Counted from the stretch's first letter, positions 18,386-27,111 are shown. The stretch: 64,000 nucleotides of DNA from an uncultured virus (IMG/VR IMGVR_UViG_3300027708_000048) (IMGVR_UViG_3300027708_000048); one strand, 5' to 3'. A program made the numbers and translations. The notes: generated by a model not told the origin, from the letters alone.

Positions 18386-19120
18386 ATGAATGAGCTACAT
18401 TTATTTGCAGGAGCAGGAGGGGGGATCTTGGGAGGAATGCTCCTCGGACACACCACAGTTTGTGCTGTGGAAATTGAACCCTATTGCCGACGAGTCTTGC
18501 TCCAACGGCAACGAGACGGCATCTTGCCAAAGTTCCCAATCTGGGATGATGTCTGCACCTTTGACGGAACCCCTTGGAGGGGAAAAGTCGATGTCGTTTG
18601 CGGAGGGTTCCCTTGCCAAGACATTAGCTGTGCATGGAGAGGTGCAGGACTGCAAGGAGAGCGAAGCGGACTCTGGAGAGAAATGGCCAGAATCATTGGC
18701 GAAGTACGACCTCAATACGCATTCGTGGAGAACTCACCAAGGCTTGCTATTCGAGGACTCAACCGAGTCCTTGGAGATCTTTCCGAGATGGGGTATGACG
18801 CAAGGTGGGGAGTTATATCCGCTGGAATGTGCGGCGCACCTCACAGAAGAGAACGCATCTGGATCTTTGCCAACGCCAAGAGCCGCTGTATCCAGACAGA
18901 AGAAATTTTATATAAGAAAGAATGCTATGGTGAATTTAGAAGAACTTCCTTCTTTACCAAAATACCAACATCTTTCTGGAAAGTTAATCAACCCAGAATG
19001 GATGGAATGGCTAATGGGATGGACAATTGGGTGGGCCGCTCTAAAGCCATTGGAAATGGACAAGTTCCAATTGTGGCGGCAACAGCATTTAGACTTCTTT
19101 CAGAATCAGTAAACAAATAA
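18386..19120 (+). CDS. DNA (cytosine-5) methyltransferase, alpha polypeptide
   Basis: Motif I LFAGAGG, IV GFPCQD, VI ENS, VIII HRRERIW, X KAIGNGQV; motif IX not evident in this frame. Confidence 0.9.
   Translation: MNELHLFAGAGGGILGGMLLGHTTVCAVEIEPYCRRVLLQRQRDGILPKFPIWDDVCTFDGTPWRGKVDVVCGGFPCQDISCAWRGAGLQGERSGLWREMARIIGEVRPQYAFVENSPRLAIRGLNRVLGDLSEMGYDARWGVISAGMCGAPHRRERIWIFANAKSRCIQTEEILYKKECYGEFRRTSFFTKIPTSFWKVNQPRMDGMANGMDNWVGRSKAIGNGQVPIVAATAFRLLSESVNK
18390..19112 (+). CDS. overlapping +1-frame ORF, putative methyltransferase beta polypeptide
   Basis: 240 stop-free codons nested in the MTase; LPTPRA (TRD-like) and INPEWMEWLMGW (motif IX-like). Confidence 0.65.
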   Translation: MSYIYLQEQEGGSWEECSSDTPQFVLWKLNPIADESCSNGNETASCQSSQSGMMSAPLTEPLGGEKSMSFAEGSLAKTLAVHGEVQDCKESEADSGEKWPESLAKYDLNTHSWRTHQGLLFEDSTESLEIFPRWGMTQGGELYPLECAAHLTEENASGSLPTPRAAVSRQKKFYIRKNAMVNLEELPSLPKYQHLSGKLINPEWMEWLMGWTIGWAALKPLEMDKFQLWRQQHLDFFQNQ

Positions 19121-19131
19121 ACAACACACAT

Positions 19132-19821
19132 ATGGAAAAAGTAAAACTTGTGCGTAATGCACCCCACCAAAAATACCACCTAGCTGATGGAACCCAAGTG
19201 CCTGGGGGAAGCACTATATGCAAGATCGGAGATGACGCAGGGGCACTCATCCACTGGGCTTGGGATCTAGGCAAGCGAGGTCTTGATTACCGAAAGGAGA
19301 GGGACAAGGCCGCTGATATTGGAACACTCGCCCACTTTATGATTGAGTGTATGCTCAACAACCAAGTGGCTGATCTGTCCGATTATGATGAGGCCGATAT
19401 AGCCAAGGCTCTTGTGTGCTACACCAAGTTCCTAGACTGGTGGGAGCTTCAGAACCTAAAGGTGGTAGCAACGGAGATCCAGCTTGTTAATGAGGAGTTC
19501 CGCTATGGAGGGACGATTGACCTCATTGCCGTGGACGATGACGGCGACCATGTTCTGTTGGACTTCAAGACCTCCAAGAAGATCAGCGAGAGCTATTGGC
19601 GGCAATGTGCTGGGTATGCCGCATTGTGGGAGGCTAACAACGATGGGAAGAAAATCACCAACCATGCAATTGTCCGTATCGGAAAGCAGGAGGAAGGTGA
19701 CTTTGAAGTGGTGTGGAAGGAGGATCTTTCCAAAGAGTGGAATGTATTCCAGCATCAAGTTGAGCTTTACTGGGCAATGCAAGGAGCCAAGCCAGAGCCA
19801 AAAAGGAAGAAAAAGAAGTGA
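19132..19821 (+). CDS. PD-(D/E)XK exonuclease
   Basis: GTLAH..E..YGGTIDL..LDFKTS..QCAGY. Confidence 0.85.
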   Translation: MEKVKLVRNAPHQKYHLADGTQVPGGSTICKIGDDAGALIHWAWDLGKRGLDYRKERDKAADIGTLAHFMIECMLNNQVADLSDYDEADIAKALVCYTKFLDWWELQNLKVVATEIQLVNEEFRYGGTIDLIAVDDDGDHVLLDFKTSKKISESYWRQCAGYAALWEANNDGKKITNHAIVRIGKQEEGDFEVVWKEDLSKEWNVFQHQVELYWAMQGAKPEPKRKKKK

Positions 19822-21068
19822 GCCTTCCTAAAGACGAAGACGCAGAAAAGGCTTTCCTCTCCTGCGTAATCCAACAATCAAGCCTTCTTAACGAGGTGGC
19901 TGACGGCAACATTGGCAAACTATTCCATCACCCATGCCATCGTCGTATCTTTGATGCGGCTCTCAATCTATGGAAGGAGGGAAAAAATTGCGATCTGGTC
20001 ACGCTCACTGATGCCATGAATGAAGCTGGAACGCTAGAGCTATCTGGCGGGGCGGCTTTCCTAACGGAGTGCTTTATTGCTCCAGCAGTATTGGGGAATT
20101 GGGAGAACTACCTTGGCATCTTAAAGCGGAAGCACACTGCTAGGCTGGCAATCTCTGCCGCTGAAAGGATCATAGCCAGTGCCCAGAACCCCGCTGATGC
20201 TGGGGATTTGAGCGAGATCGTTCAGAAGGCTTTGGTTGCTGTGGCGGCTGATGCAGAAACGGCTTCAAGAATCGTTACCATCAAGGAGGCCGCTGGGCAT
20301 AGGCTCAATGAATACCAAAAGATGGTGGACAATAAGGGCAAGCTACTTGGCATTACCACTGGCTTTAGTGAGCTTGATGAGCTTACTGGTGGATTCCGAG
20401 GGGGCCAGCTTATCGTCATTGGCGCACCAACCAAGGGAGGAAAGACGGCAATGGCCCTAAACATGGCTATGAGAACGAGCGACATTGGCGGCAATCCTGT
20501 TGGGATCGTATCACTAGAGATGAGTAGCGGGGAACTTGTTGACCGCCTTATAGCCTCATATAGCGGTGCTGATGTGAGCTTGCTGTCCAAGAAAGACCCA
20601 CACAATGACCTAATGAAAAAGATCGGTATCGGAGTGGGGCAACTATCTGGTCTGAAGCTATTCATCCGAGATGAGAGTAGCATGAATTGCCTACAACTCC
20701 GGGCGGCTGTGAGGCGTATGGTAGCCGTCCACCAAGTCAAGATGGTTGTGGTGGACTACATCCAGCTTATCGAACCTACTGACCGCAAGGATAGCAGGGA
20801 AAGGCAAGTGGCAGATGTGAGCAGAACGCTAAAGATGCTGGCGAAGGAGATGAACATCGTGATCTTGGCTCTTACCCAACTCAACTCTGATGGTGCTTCC
20901 AGAGAGTCAAGGGCAATCGAACACGACTGCGATTTATTCTTGACAATCAACCAATCAGAGAAAAATCCAGACGATTGGTATTTAAATATAAGACTTGCAA
21001 GGGCCTGTCCAAGAGCTAGTATTCCCCTCTCGTTTAGATCGGAGTTCCTTCGGTTTGACGAGAGATAA
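19818..21068 (+). CDS. dnaB: replicative DnaB-family helicase
   Basis: DAEKAFL N-domain, GITTGF..LD..TGG, GAPTKGGKT, SLEM, VVDYIQL, TQLN, IEHDCD. Confidence 0.92.
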   Translation: MSLPKDEDAEKAFLSCVIQQSSLLNEVADGNIGKLFHHPCHRRIFDAALNLWKEGKNCDLVTLTDAMNEAGTLELSGGAAFLTECFIAPAVLGNWENYLGILKRKHTARLAISAAERIIASAQNPADAGDLSEIVQKALVAVAADAETASRIVTIKEAAGHRLNEYQKMVDNKGKLLGITTGFSELDELTGGFRGGQLIVIGAPTKGGKTAMALNMAMRTSDIGGNPVGIVSLEMSSGELVDRLIASYSGADVSLLSKKDPHNDLMKKIGIGVGQLSGLKLFIRDESSMNCLQLRAAVRRMVAVHQVKMVVVDYIQLIEPTDRKDSRERQVADVSRTLKMLAKEMNIVILALTQLNSDGASRESRAIEHDCDLFLTINQSEKNPDDWYLNIRLARACPRASIPLSFRSEFLRFDER

Positions 21069-21082
21069 ACAACAAAGCAAAA

Positions 21083-21295
21083 ATGATAAATACAAAAGAT
21101 GCGTGGGTTGTTGAATACAACTCGCAACAAAACAAGTTCCACATTCAAGAGCTAGAAACGACTCTTCGCTCTAATCTTGAAGACGCAAAAAAGGGCATAA
21201 GCAGTGGAGCTTGGCCCATCATTGGAATCTTCCCAGACCACAGGTCTGCTGGAGATTTCGTTCAAGAAATACGAAGCAACAAAAATCTATTCTAA
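21083..21295 (+). CDS. hypothetical protein
   Basis: ORF coupled to next gene. Confidence 0.55.
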   Translation: MINTKDAWVVEYNSQQNKFHIQELETTLRSNLEDAKKGISSGAWPIIGIFPDHRSAGDFVQEIRSNKNLF

Positions 21296-21552
21296 TGCAA
21301 TACGATAACGAAAAGAGGTTCGTCCTCTTCCCCAAAAACAACGCAAACCCCAAGGCTCCCAACTGGACTGGAACCATCACCATTGACGGCAAGGAGTGGG
21401 AGATGAGTGCTTGGAACAAAGCCGGGAAGCAGGGCGGCGAGTTCCTATCTGGTTCCATCAAAGAGCCGTTCAAGAAGGGCGTTGACTCGCACAATCAAAG
21501 CAAGGCAAATGGCTTTGCTCCAAAGGATCGGGATTCAGATTTGCCGTTCTAA
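21295..21552 (+). CDS. putative ssDNA-binding protein (DUF736-like)
   Basis: KAPNWTG.I..DG..W..SAW beta core and SSB-type C-terminal DSDLPF. Confidence 0.7.
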   Translation: MQYDNEKRFVLFPKNNANPKAPNWTGTITIDGKEWEMSAWNKAGKQGGEFLSGSIKEPFKKGVDSHNQSKANGFAPKDRDSDLPF

Positions 21553-21572
21553 TAAATTGTCTGTGCTGGTAA

Positions 21573-21614
21573 AAGTCCCCTCTCCGAGTTGTGTCGGAGG
21601 GGGGATTCTTTTTT
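21573..21614 (+). terminator. Rho-independent terminator
   Basis: TCCCCTCTCCGA-GTTGTG-TCGGAGGGGGGA then TTCTTTTTT. Confidence 0.85.
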
Positions 21615-21686
21615 AAAAATAGTTATTGCATAGTTCTGAAATTCTGAAAGACTCATCTCCAGCGGCACAACCTCCGCTGAACAAAA

Positions 21687-21857
21687 ATGAAAACACAACA
21701 CATCGCATCGTTACTGAACCTGGCTCCACTTTTTCAAGTGAGCATCAAGCAAGCCCAGCGTCATGGGTTGGACGAGATACGCATCAGCGTCCCTCGTGCA
21801 AAGGAAATCCTCCACGACCTCGTTGTGGCGAACAAAGCTATCAAGGAAAACAAATGA
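21687..21857 (+). CDS. hypothetical (56 aa, not in ORF track)
   Basis: MKTQHIASLLNLAPLFQVSIKQ..; ATGA-coupled to next gene. Confidence 0.55.
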   Translation: MKTQHIASLLNLAPLFQVSIKQAQRHGLDEIRISVPRAKEILHDLVVANKAIKENK

Positions 21858-22042
21858 GCATTTCAGAAAGCGACCTTCAGTTTCTGCGAGAAGCCAGAGA
21901 AGAGGCAAGGCGGCAAATGTACGAGGATTTGGCTGGAACATATGAGCGGAATCCTTTGTCTCCACGAGGCCAAGCCATTCAAGACGCAATGGATGCCGGG
22001 GAATGTGACATTGTTAAAATGAATGAGGAGGACGAAGAATGA
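21854..22042 (+). CDS. hypothetical protein
   Basis: MSISESDLQFL..; 3' part of track ORF 21626..22042. Confidence 0.55.
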   Translation: MSISESDLQFLREAREEARRQMYEDLAGTYERNPLSPRGQAIQDAMDAGECDIVKMNEEDEE

Positions 22043-22248
22043 GCCTGTTTGTTCTTATCTGGGGCGGTCTTGGCTGTGTGGGTGCATACATCCTTGGCCT
22101 TCACTGCTACGGCATTCATGTGAAACAACAACAACTCAAGCAACTTGCTCGTCTCTTCCGAGATGACCGGGCCAACTTTGACTTGTATTTCTACAACATT
22201 GCCATCGACATCACCAAACAGGAGATCGCCAAACAAAATGCAGAATGA
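22039..22248 (+). CDS. small membrane protein
   Basis: N-terminal hydrophobic helix; ATGA-coupled. Confidence 0.55.
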   Translation: MSLFVLIWGGLGCVGAYILGLHCYGIHVKQQQLKQLARLFRDDRANFDLYFYNIAIDITKQEIAKQNAE

Positions 22249-22399
22249 CACTGAATCCCTGAAATGGGAGTGCCGTGAGTATGTGTTGCAAATTCAAGAA
22301 CTGATTGCCGCACTCAAACAAATCCAAACCCTAAACTCGTTAGGCAAAACCAAAAAGATTGCCGACACAATCAACGAAGTATTATGCAAACATTACTAA
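22238..22399 (+). CDS. hypothetical protein
   Basis: MQNDTESLKWEC..; overlaps neighbours as in an operon. Confidence 0.5.
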   Translation: MQNDTESLKWECREYVLQIQELIAALKQIQTLNSLGKTKKIADTINEVLCKHY

Positions 22400-22698
22400 A
22401 AGAAAGATCCCCGGAGCAATGGGCTGCTCACATTGAGCTATTGCCAAAGAAGATCCGCACCCAGATTGCCAAGGTGGTCTGGTGGGATTGGTTTGGGCCA
22501 CGAGTTGTGTCTGAACGCTGGGATCACCTAGACCAGTATATCAACCAGCCAGCTATGGACTTGGAGGATCATGAGGTTCTGGAGGGCTTGGAGCTTCTTG
22601 GCTACACGGAAAAGCAAGCTAGGCAACGCCTCTACCCAGACGAGCGAGTAAGAGAGCCACGCAAGGGAGTTCCAAAGGGAGTATGCAATGCAATCTGA
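22384..22698 (+). CDS. hypothetical protein
   Basis: 104 aa, operonic. Confidence 0.6.
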   Translation: MQTLLKERSPEQWAAHIELLPKKIRTQIAKVVWWDWFGPRVVSERWDHLDQYINQPAMDLEDHEVLEGLELLGYTEKQARQRLYPDERVREPRKGVPKGVCNAI

Positions 22699-23029
22699 AC
22701 TAGACTTCACCCCGCCTCTACCAGAGGAAAAGGATACGAGCATCTACGCTCGTTTCCAGAAGTTCCACGCTACCAATCCTCATGTCTATGAGAACTTGGT
22801 AAGGCTGGCTAGGGAGTTTCGCCGCAAGGGATCAAACCACAACCGCAAGCTAGGAATAGGGATGCTCTATGAAGTGTTGAGGTGGAATTACTATCTCTCC
22901 ACGGAGGGCGAGGAAGAGTTCAAATTGTCCAACGATTTTCGTGCAGTTTATGCTCGTAAGATCATGGAACAGGAACCAGACTTGGCAGACGCATTTAACA
23001 CCAAACAATCAGTAGTAGATACAGAATAA
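22688..23029 (+). CDS. conserved-looking hypothetical phage protein
   Basis: FH..NPHVY..E.LRW..FKLSN.F.A.YAR pattern. Confidence 0.65.
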   Translation: MQSELDFTPPLPEEKDTSIYARFQKFHATNPHVYENLVRLAREFRRKGSNHNRKLGIGMLYEVLRWNYYLSTEGEEEFKLSNDFRAVYARKIMEQEPDLADAFNTKQSVVDTE

Positions 23030-23047
23030 ACCAAAACCAAAAATAAA

Positions 23048-23398
23048 ATGAGCGAGTTAATTATCCCAGAAGAATACAAAGACAAAGCCCTTGTTCCCAT
23101 GCAGTTCCCATTCCGGGCTGATGGGGACACGATCCTCGACGCTGAAGGCCGAGAGGTCGCCGCTATATCTGCCGCTATCGCCATTAAGGAGAGCATTAAT
23201 CTAGCCAAGCTATTCGCCGCCTCCCCGGAAATGTTTGAGATCATTGGACACGCTTATGCGTTGTTAATCATCGTAGCCGCTAGGCAGGATGACTTTGAAC
23301 ATGGCACTCCTAACGAGCGGAACAAGGAAGACTGTATCCTCTGCCAATGCGAGGAAGTGCTTAACAAGGTGAGGTCGGGAGTTCTCCCAAATGAGTGA
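23048..23398 (+). CDS. hypothetical protein
   Basis: NLAKLFAASPEM motif typical of small phage proteins; C/A-rich leader. Confidence 0.6.
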   Translation: MSELIIPEEYKDKALVPMQFPFRADGDTILDAEGREVAAISAAIAIKESINLAKLFAASPEMFEIIGHAYALLIIVAARQDDFEHGTPNERNKEDCILCQCEEVLNKVRSGVLPNE

Positions 23399-23579
23399 AC
23401 CTACCCGCAACGGAGTTCCACTAAAGATCAGCATTGATGAATCTGGAAGCCATGTTAATGAGCTTCACCTCTCCTATGTGGTGAGGAAGGCTATTGATGG
23501 CTTCTGGAAACGCCGTGGATTCGATGGGGAGCCAGAACGCCCCACTTCATTCATGCAGGACAGGAGGAAGAAGAAATGA
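23391..23579 (+). CDS. hypothetical protein
   Basis: Operonic overlap. Confidence 0.5.
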   Translation: MSEPTRNGVPLKISIDESGSHVNELHLSYVVRKAIDGFWKRRGFDGEPERPTSFMQDRRKKK

Positions 23580-23827
23580 CAACAAATACGGATGACTATT
23601 ACGCAGGGAAAGGATGCGAATGTGATGGAAACGCAGAGATTGAATGTGGTTGCGGTGTAGATTGGACAGATCCTCGCATCTACAAATTGCAACAAGAACT
23701 TTCATCAGCAGTAAAGTTGCTTTCTCAATTCAACACATTAAGAATAAAAGAAGACAGATCGCTTTCAGAAGATCAGTGGCTTGAGTATTGCAGGCTTTAT
23801 AGAGAGTATTCCAATCTCGTTGGGTGA
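23576..23827 (+). CDS. hypothetical Cys-containing protein
   Basis: GCEC..ECGC; ATGA-coupled. Confidence 0.55.
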   Translation: MTTNTDDYYAGKGCECDGNAEIECGCGVDWTDPRIYKLQQELSSAVKLLSQFNTLRIKEDRSLSEDQWLEYCRLYREYSNLVG

Positions 23828-23860
23828 AAAGACCTATGAAAAGTCCTATGAAAAGTCCTA
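23825..23860. repeat. 3 x 12-bp tandem repeat TGAAAAG(A/T)CCTA
   Basis: tgaaaagaccta tgaaaagtccta tgaaaagtccta. Confidence 0.85.
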
Positions 23861-24021
23861 TACAATCGCATGGGAAATATTGACATAATTTTCCTTGGTC
23901 ATGCTCTCACGATTATGATACTAATATCGGCACTAATGTCCGTGAAAATAATATGGAAACCCATGCGGAAGATGATAAAGAAAACGATTAAACAAAAGAA
24001 AAAGGAGAGGAGATTTGTCCC

Positions 24022-24162
24022 ATGAAATCACTAATTGTCTGGGCGTTATATTTCGCCGGGATCATGCTCCTATTCGGCATCACTTTCCTTGCTCTTTGTT
24101 TGCTACCATCAGGCGATAAGGAACCTACGGAAAAGAAAGGCCGGGAAACTGGCAAGGATTAG
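24022..24162 (+). CDS. small membrane protein (46 aa, not in ORF track)
   Basis: MKSLIVWALYFAGIMLLFGITFLALCLLPSGDKEPTEKKGRETGKD; AGGAG upstream. Confidence 0.5.
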   Translation: MKSLIVWALYFAGIMLLFGITFLALCLLPSGDKEPTEKKGRETGKD

Positions 24163-24231
24163 CCTGGAGATTCTGGAGGGGAAACCATAGGGGAAGGGGA
24201 AGAAAACCCGCTGGCGGGGCTTATAGGCACG

Positions 24232-24273
24232 AAAAAAGGGCAGGGATTTCTCCCTGCCCCTTGTGTTTTCTTT
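24232..24273. terminator. bidirectional terminator between convergent operons
   Basis: AAAAAA-GGGCAGGGA-TTTC-TCCCTGCCC-CTTGTGTTTTCTTT. Confidence 0.85.
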
Positions 24274-24298
24274 ATTCTTCCTTTGCTTCTCTGTTTTC

Positions 24299-24802
24299 TT
24301 AATGGCTATTATGCCACCACGCCAAAGTGTCCGCCGCTTTCTCCATGGCTTGTAAAGACTCGTACTGCTGGTGGGTATGGTTTAAGGCACTTGACCCGAT
24401 CTTTAGAATACGAATCGCCTCGTCGTGCCCTAGGTAGTAATGAGTATTGAAGTCATCAACTGACCTGAACAGTCGGGAGAACTCCTCGTCGGGGTGAGGG
24501 TCGGCAAGGTACTCCTGACTGACTTCATTAGTCCACACCTCTGCAACAATATCTGCTCCTTGGTCGAACAGGTCTGATCCCGGCTTGACCCACTTGTTCC
24601 ACCAATCACTTCCTATTTCATGGCCTGTATTTTCCTCGCTCTTCACCTCGTCAAACTCGTCTCGTTCGTATGTGGTAAAACTGAATCCGTTCGGAGCCTG
24701 CTGACGCAGGAACTCGATAAACTCCTCTTTCGATTTGAATGCGAAGGCTTTTGACTTCGCCTGGTGCGGTACTTGAACGTAGATTATTCCATCTGTTTTC
24801 AT
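24299..24802 (-). CDS. hypothetical protein (leftward array)
   Basis: 167 aa, C/A-rich leader. Confidence 0.7.
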   Translation of the reverse strand: MKTDGIIYVQVPHQAKSKAFAFKSKEEFIEFLRQQAPNGFSFTTYERDEFDEVKSEENTGHEIGSDWWNKWVKPGSDLFDQGADIVAEVWTNEVSQEYLADPHPDEEFSRLFRSVDDFNTHYYLGHDEAIRILKIGSSALNHTHQQYESLQAMEKAADTLAWWHNSH

Positions 24803-24831
24803 TGTGTGTGTGTTGGTGTTGGTGTTGGTGA

Positions 24832-24978
24832 TTAGTCGGAGATGAAGCAGAATAAGATGAACGTGATAAACCCTAGCACGAACAACGTGCCGAACACGTT
24901 GACTAGGATTGACGACAAGCGGAATTGCTTGGATTTGCGGAAGGCTAGAAGAGCCGGAGATGGTTTGTGTTTTTTCAT
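24832..24978 (-). CDS. small membrane protein (leftward array)
   Basis: MKKHKPSPALL..C-terminal TM. Confidence 0.55.
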   Translation of the reverse strand: MKKHKPSPALLAFRKSKQFRLSSILVNVFGTLFVLGFITFILFCFISD

Positions 24979-24982
24979 GGGT

Positions 24983-25309
24983 TTAGAACTCGGCAATAAT
25001 GATGCCGCCTTCGAACTCAATAACTTGTGTGCGATCCTGTAGCCATCCAAGTGCCCACTCTTGTGCATCTTGTTCCGTATACTCTGGCTCTGGCTCCCAG
25101 CCATATTGCATGGCGGCCTCTTTAGCCGTCTTATACTCTGACCAATCGCAACGGATCGCCACGATATCCAATTCAGTATCTTCCCCTGTCTCTTGGTCGA
25201 TTTGGTCGAGGTATTCGGCGAGAGCCTTTGATCCTTCCCATGACCATCCGGCGTATTCGTCAAGCTGTAATGCGTGTGATATCTGATTTATAGTTAGTGT
25301 GTTTTTCAT
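24983..25309 (-). CDS. hypothetical acidic protein (leftward array)
   Basis: 108 aa, C/A-rich leader. Confidence 0.7.
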   Translation of the reverse strand: MKNTLTINQISHALQLDEYAGWSWEGSKALAEYLDQIDQETGEDTELDIVAIRCDWSEYKTAKEAAMQYGWEPEPEYTEQDAQEWALGWLQDRTQVIEFEGGIIIAEF

Positions 25310-25336
25310 TGTGTGTGCCGTGTTGTTGTTGGTGGA

Positions 25337-25594
25337 CTAAAAAATCATTTCTGTTGAACTGTGGGTTATGGTTTGAACATCTTTGATGATTGCAAAAGCG
25401 ACAATATAATTCCTTACGGCATCCTTCAGTTCGTAAGTTTGCGTTCCCGGAATTCGTATCCCATCCTTGGCCCCTACATAATCGCGAATATATGCGACGG
25501 CATCAACATAACTCTTTACGGAAATATATGTCGGCTTGGATGTTGAATTGGGCCAAGACACTCTGACTCCGATAGATACTGAAGTTGTGGTCAT
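25337..25594 (-). CDS. hypothetical protein (leftward array)
   Basis: 85 aa, C/A-rich leader. Confidence 0.6.
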   Translation of the reverse strand: MTTTSVSIGVRVSWPNSTSKPTYISVKSYVDAVAYIRDYVGAKDGIRIPGTQTYELKDAVRNYIVAFAIIKDVQTITHSSTEMIF

Positions 25595-25614
25595 TCGTGT
25601 TGGTGCGTTGGTGG

Positions 25615-25911
25615 TTACTTGGTGGCCTTTTTTACTTCACAAAGAAACCTTTTAGGAACCTTGTCCCCGTTGTCGAACTCTTCTGGGAACGTCATTGTTT
25701 CCATGTCAAAATAAGCCCAAGCCCTGCCGCCATCTCCAGTATTAAAGTTCTCCCATGTCTTGACTAAAACAATCGCCATGTTCTCGTCGTTTATGCACAG
25801 AAGGCAATCTGCAAAGGTGGTCTGGTGGTCGTGATCTTCGACGTTTCCCGTTTCCGGGTTTATGGTTTCAACGTCCCACTCGTAGTAGGTTTCTCTGTTC
25901 ATGTTTTTCAT
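25615..25911 (-). CDS. hypothetical protein (leftward array)
   Basis: 98 aa, leader is a CACAACA tandem repeat. Confidence 0.65.
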   Translation of the reverse strand: MKNMNRETYYEWDVETINPETGNVEDHDHQTTFADCLLCINDENMAIVLVKTWENFNTGDGGRAWAYFDMETMTFPEEFDNGDKVPKRFLCEVKKATK

Positions 25912-25956
25912 TGTGTGTTGTGTTGTGTGTTGTGTGTTGTGTGTTGTGTGTTGTGA
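25912..25956 (-). repeat. CACAACA-type 7-mer tandem repeat filling an intergenic spacer
   Basis: Plus strand tgtgtgttg-tgttgtg-tgttgtg-tgttgtg-tgttgtg-tgttgtg. Confidence 0.85.
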
Positions 25957-26178
25957 TTATTCGTTGCACCACCACCCGATTTCACCACCAGAAATAATTC
26001 TTTGCCAGACGCAAGTGGTAGTGCCGTCATCGTTGATTCGATCAACCCAACCATCTGCACCAAACCCACCAACTTCAAGAATCACTTTGCGTGACAATGC
26101 TTTTTTTGCGGCGGTGACACTTGTAAAAACTCCAACCTGCGTTGTGTGTGCCGATGCTCTGTATGTTTCTTTTTTCAT
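25957..26178 (-). CDS. hypothetical protein (leftward array)
   Basis: MKKETYRASAH..; C/A-rich leader. Confidence 0.6.
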   Translation of the reverse strand: MKKETYRASAHTTQVGVFTSVTAAKKALSRKVILEVGGFGADGWVDRINDDGTTTCVWQRIISGGEIGWWCNE

Positions 26179-26204
26179 TGTGTGTGCTGTGTTATTGTTG
26201 GTGG

Positions 26205-26354
26205 TTACTTGGTGGAAGATTTTGGGGTGTGTTTTGGGCAATACGGAATGTGCCGATTGATCTGCTCAATGTATATGTACCTGCTGGATGATTCCGCACA
26301 CACATTGCAAGGGACATCGTCTGATTTTTTGATCTTCATCATGGTTTTTTTCAT
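26205..26354 (-). CDS. small CxxC/CxxH protein (start may be 26429)
   Basis: CNVC..CPKH; GCACAATG start context. Confidence 0.5.
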   Translation of the reverse strand: MKKTMMKIKKSDDVPCNVCAESSSRYIYIEQINRHIPYCPKHTPKSSTK

Positions 26355-26616
26355 TGTGCTGTTTTCGTTGCGACAACCCGCCGAGGCTGATTCTGTCAGC
26401 TTCTGTGTTGTGTTGGAGCGGGTTGCCATGGATTAAAAATAGCAGAATGATTCCCTTTGTCTATAAAATCTTTTCACAATCTGAAAAAAACTTTTCGCCC
26501 AAAAATCTCCCTTGCCGCCATACCATTCCGGGCAATCAAATTCGATAGCGGGCAACGTGAGAGGCTTTTTTTGTTACCCGTTGCAAAAAATCGCCCCTCC
26601 CGCATATATTCCCACC

Positions 26617-27111
26617 ATGCCAAAGAAACTGTCAGTTCCCATCGAGGACATCAAAGCCTATGCCCTTGCCACCTCACTTGCGGAAGCCTCCAGGCACTAC
26701 GGATTAAAAGAGACAACCGTTAGGAGTATGGCTTGTCGGGGAAAATGGATGACCCCCGAAAGACTAAAGAGAGAGCGGGAGAAATTGAATAAAGCGGAAA
26801 GGGAGACCAGGACACTAGCGGAAGGAAACTCTCCTGCAACGGTGGGAGACGCTTTAGAGGATCACCTTCAAAGATCCACCAAAGTATTCAGAACTGGAAT
26901 GGCAACGGCCTTGCAAAGGATAGGAGAGACAGCGGGAGAGATGGACGGCCTCACGGCTCTAGAACACAGCCGCAAACTGAAGGATGCGAGTGATGTTGCA
27001 AAGACTATCCTTGGAATAGGACAGGACTCATCTAGTGCATCCTTGCAAGTTAACCTTCTAACATTGTCGCTGGATAACATACTGAAACCAGTTCAATCAA
27101 TAGAGATTTAA
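26617..27111 (+). CDS. putative terminase small subunit (N-terminal HTH)
   Basis: SLAEASRHYGLKETTVRSMACRGKW HTH then helices; TTGCAA-N18-TATATT-N6-ATG. Confidence 0.5.
   Translation: MPKKLSVPIEDIKAYALATSLAEASRHYGLKETTVRSMACRGKWMTPERLKREREKLNKAERETRTLAEGNSPATVGDALEDHLQRSTKVFRTGMATALQRIGETAGEMDGLTALEHSRKLKDASDVAKTILGIGQDSSSASLQVNLLTLSLDNILKPVQSIEI

Noticed and set aside
19132..19821. Cas4/CRISPR system
   Set aside because: Ordinary phage PD-(D/E)XK exonuclease without the Fe-S cysteines; no array or other cas genes
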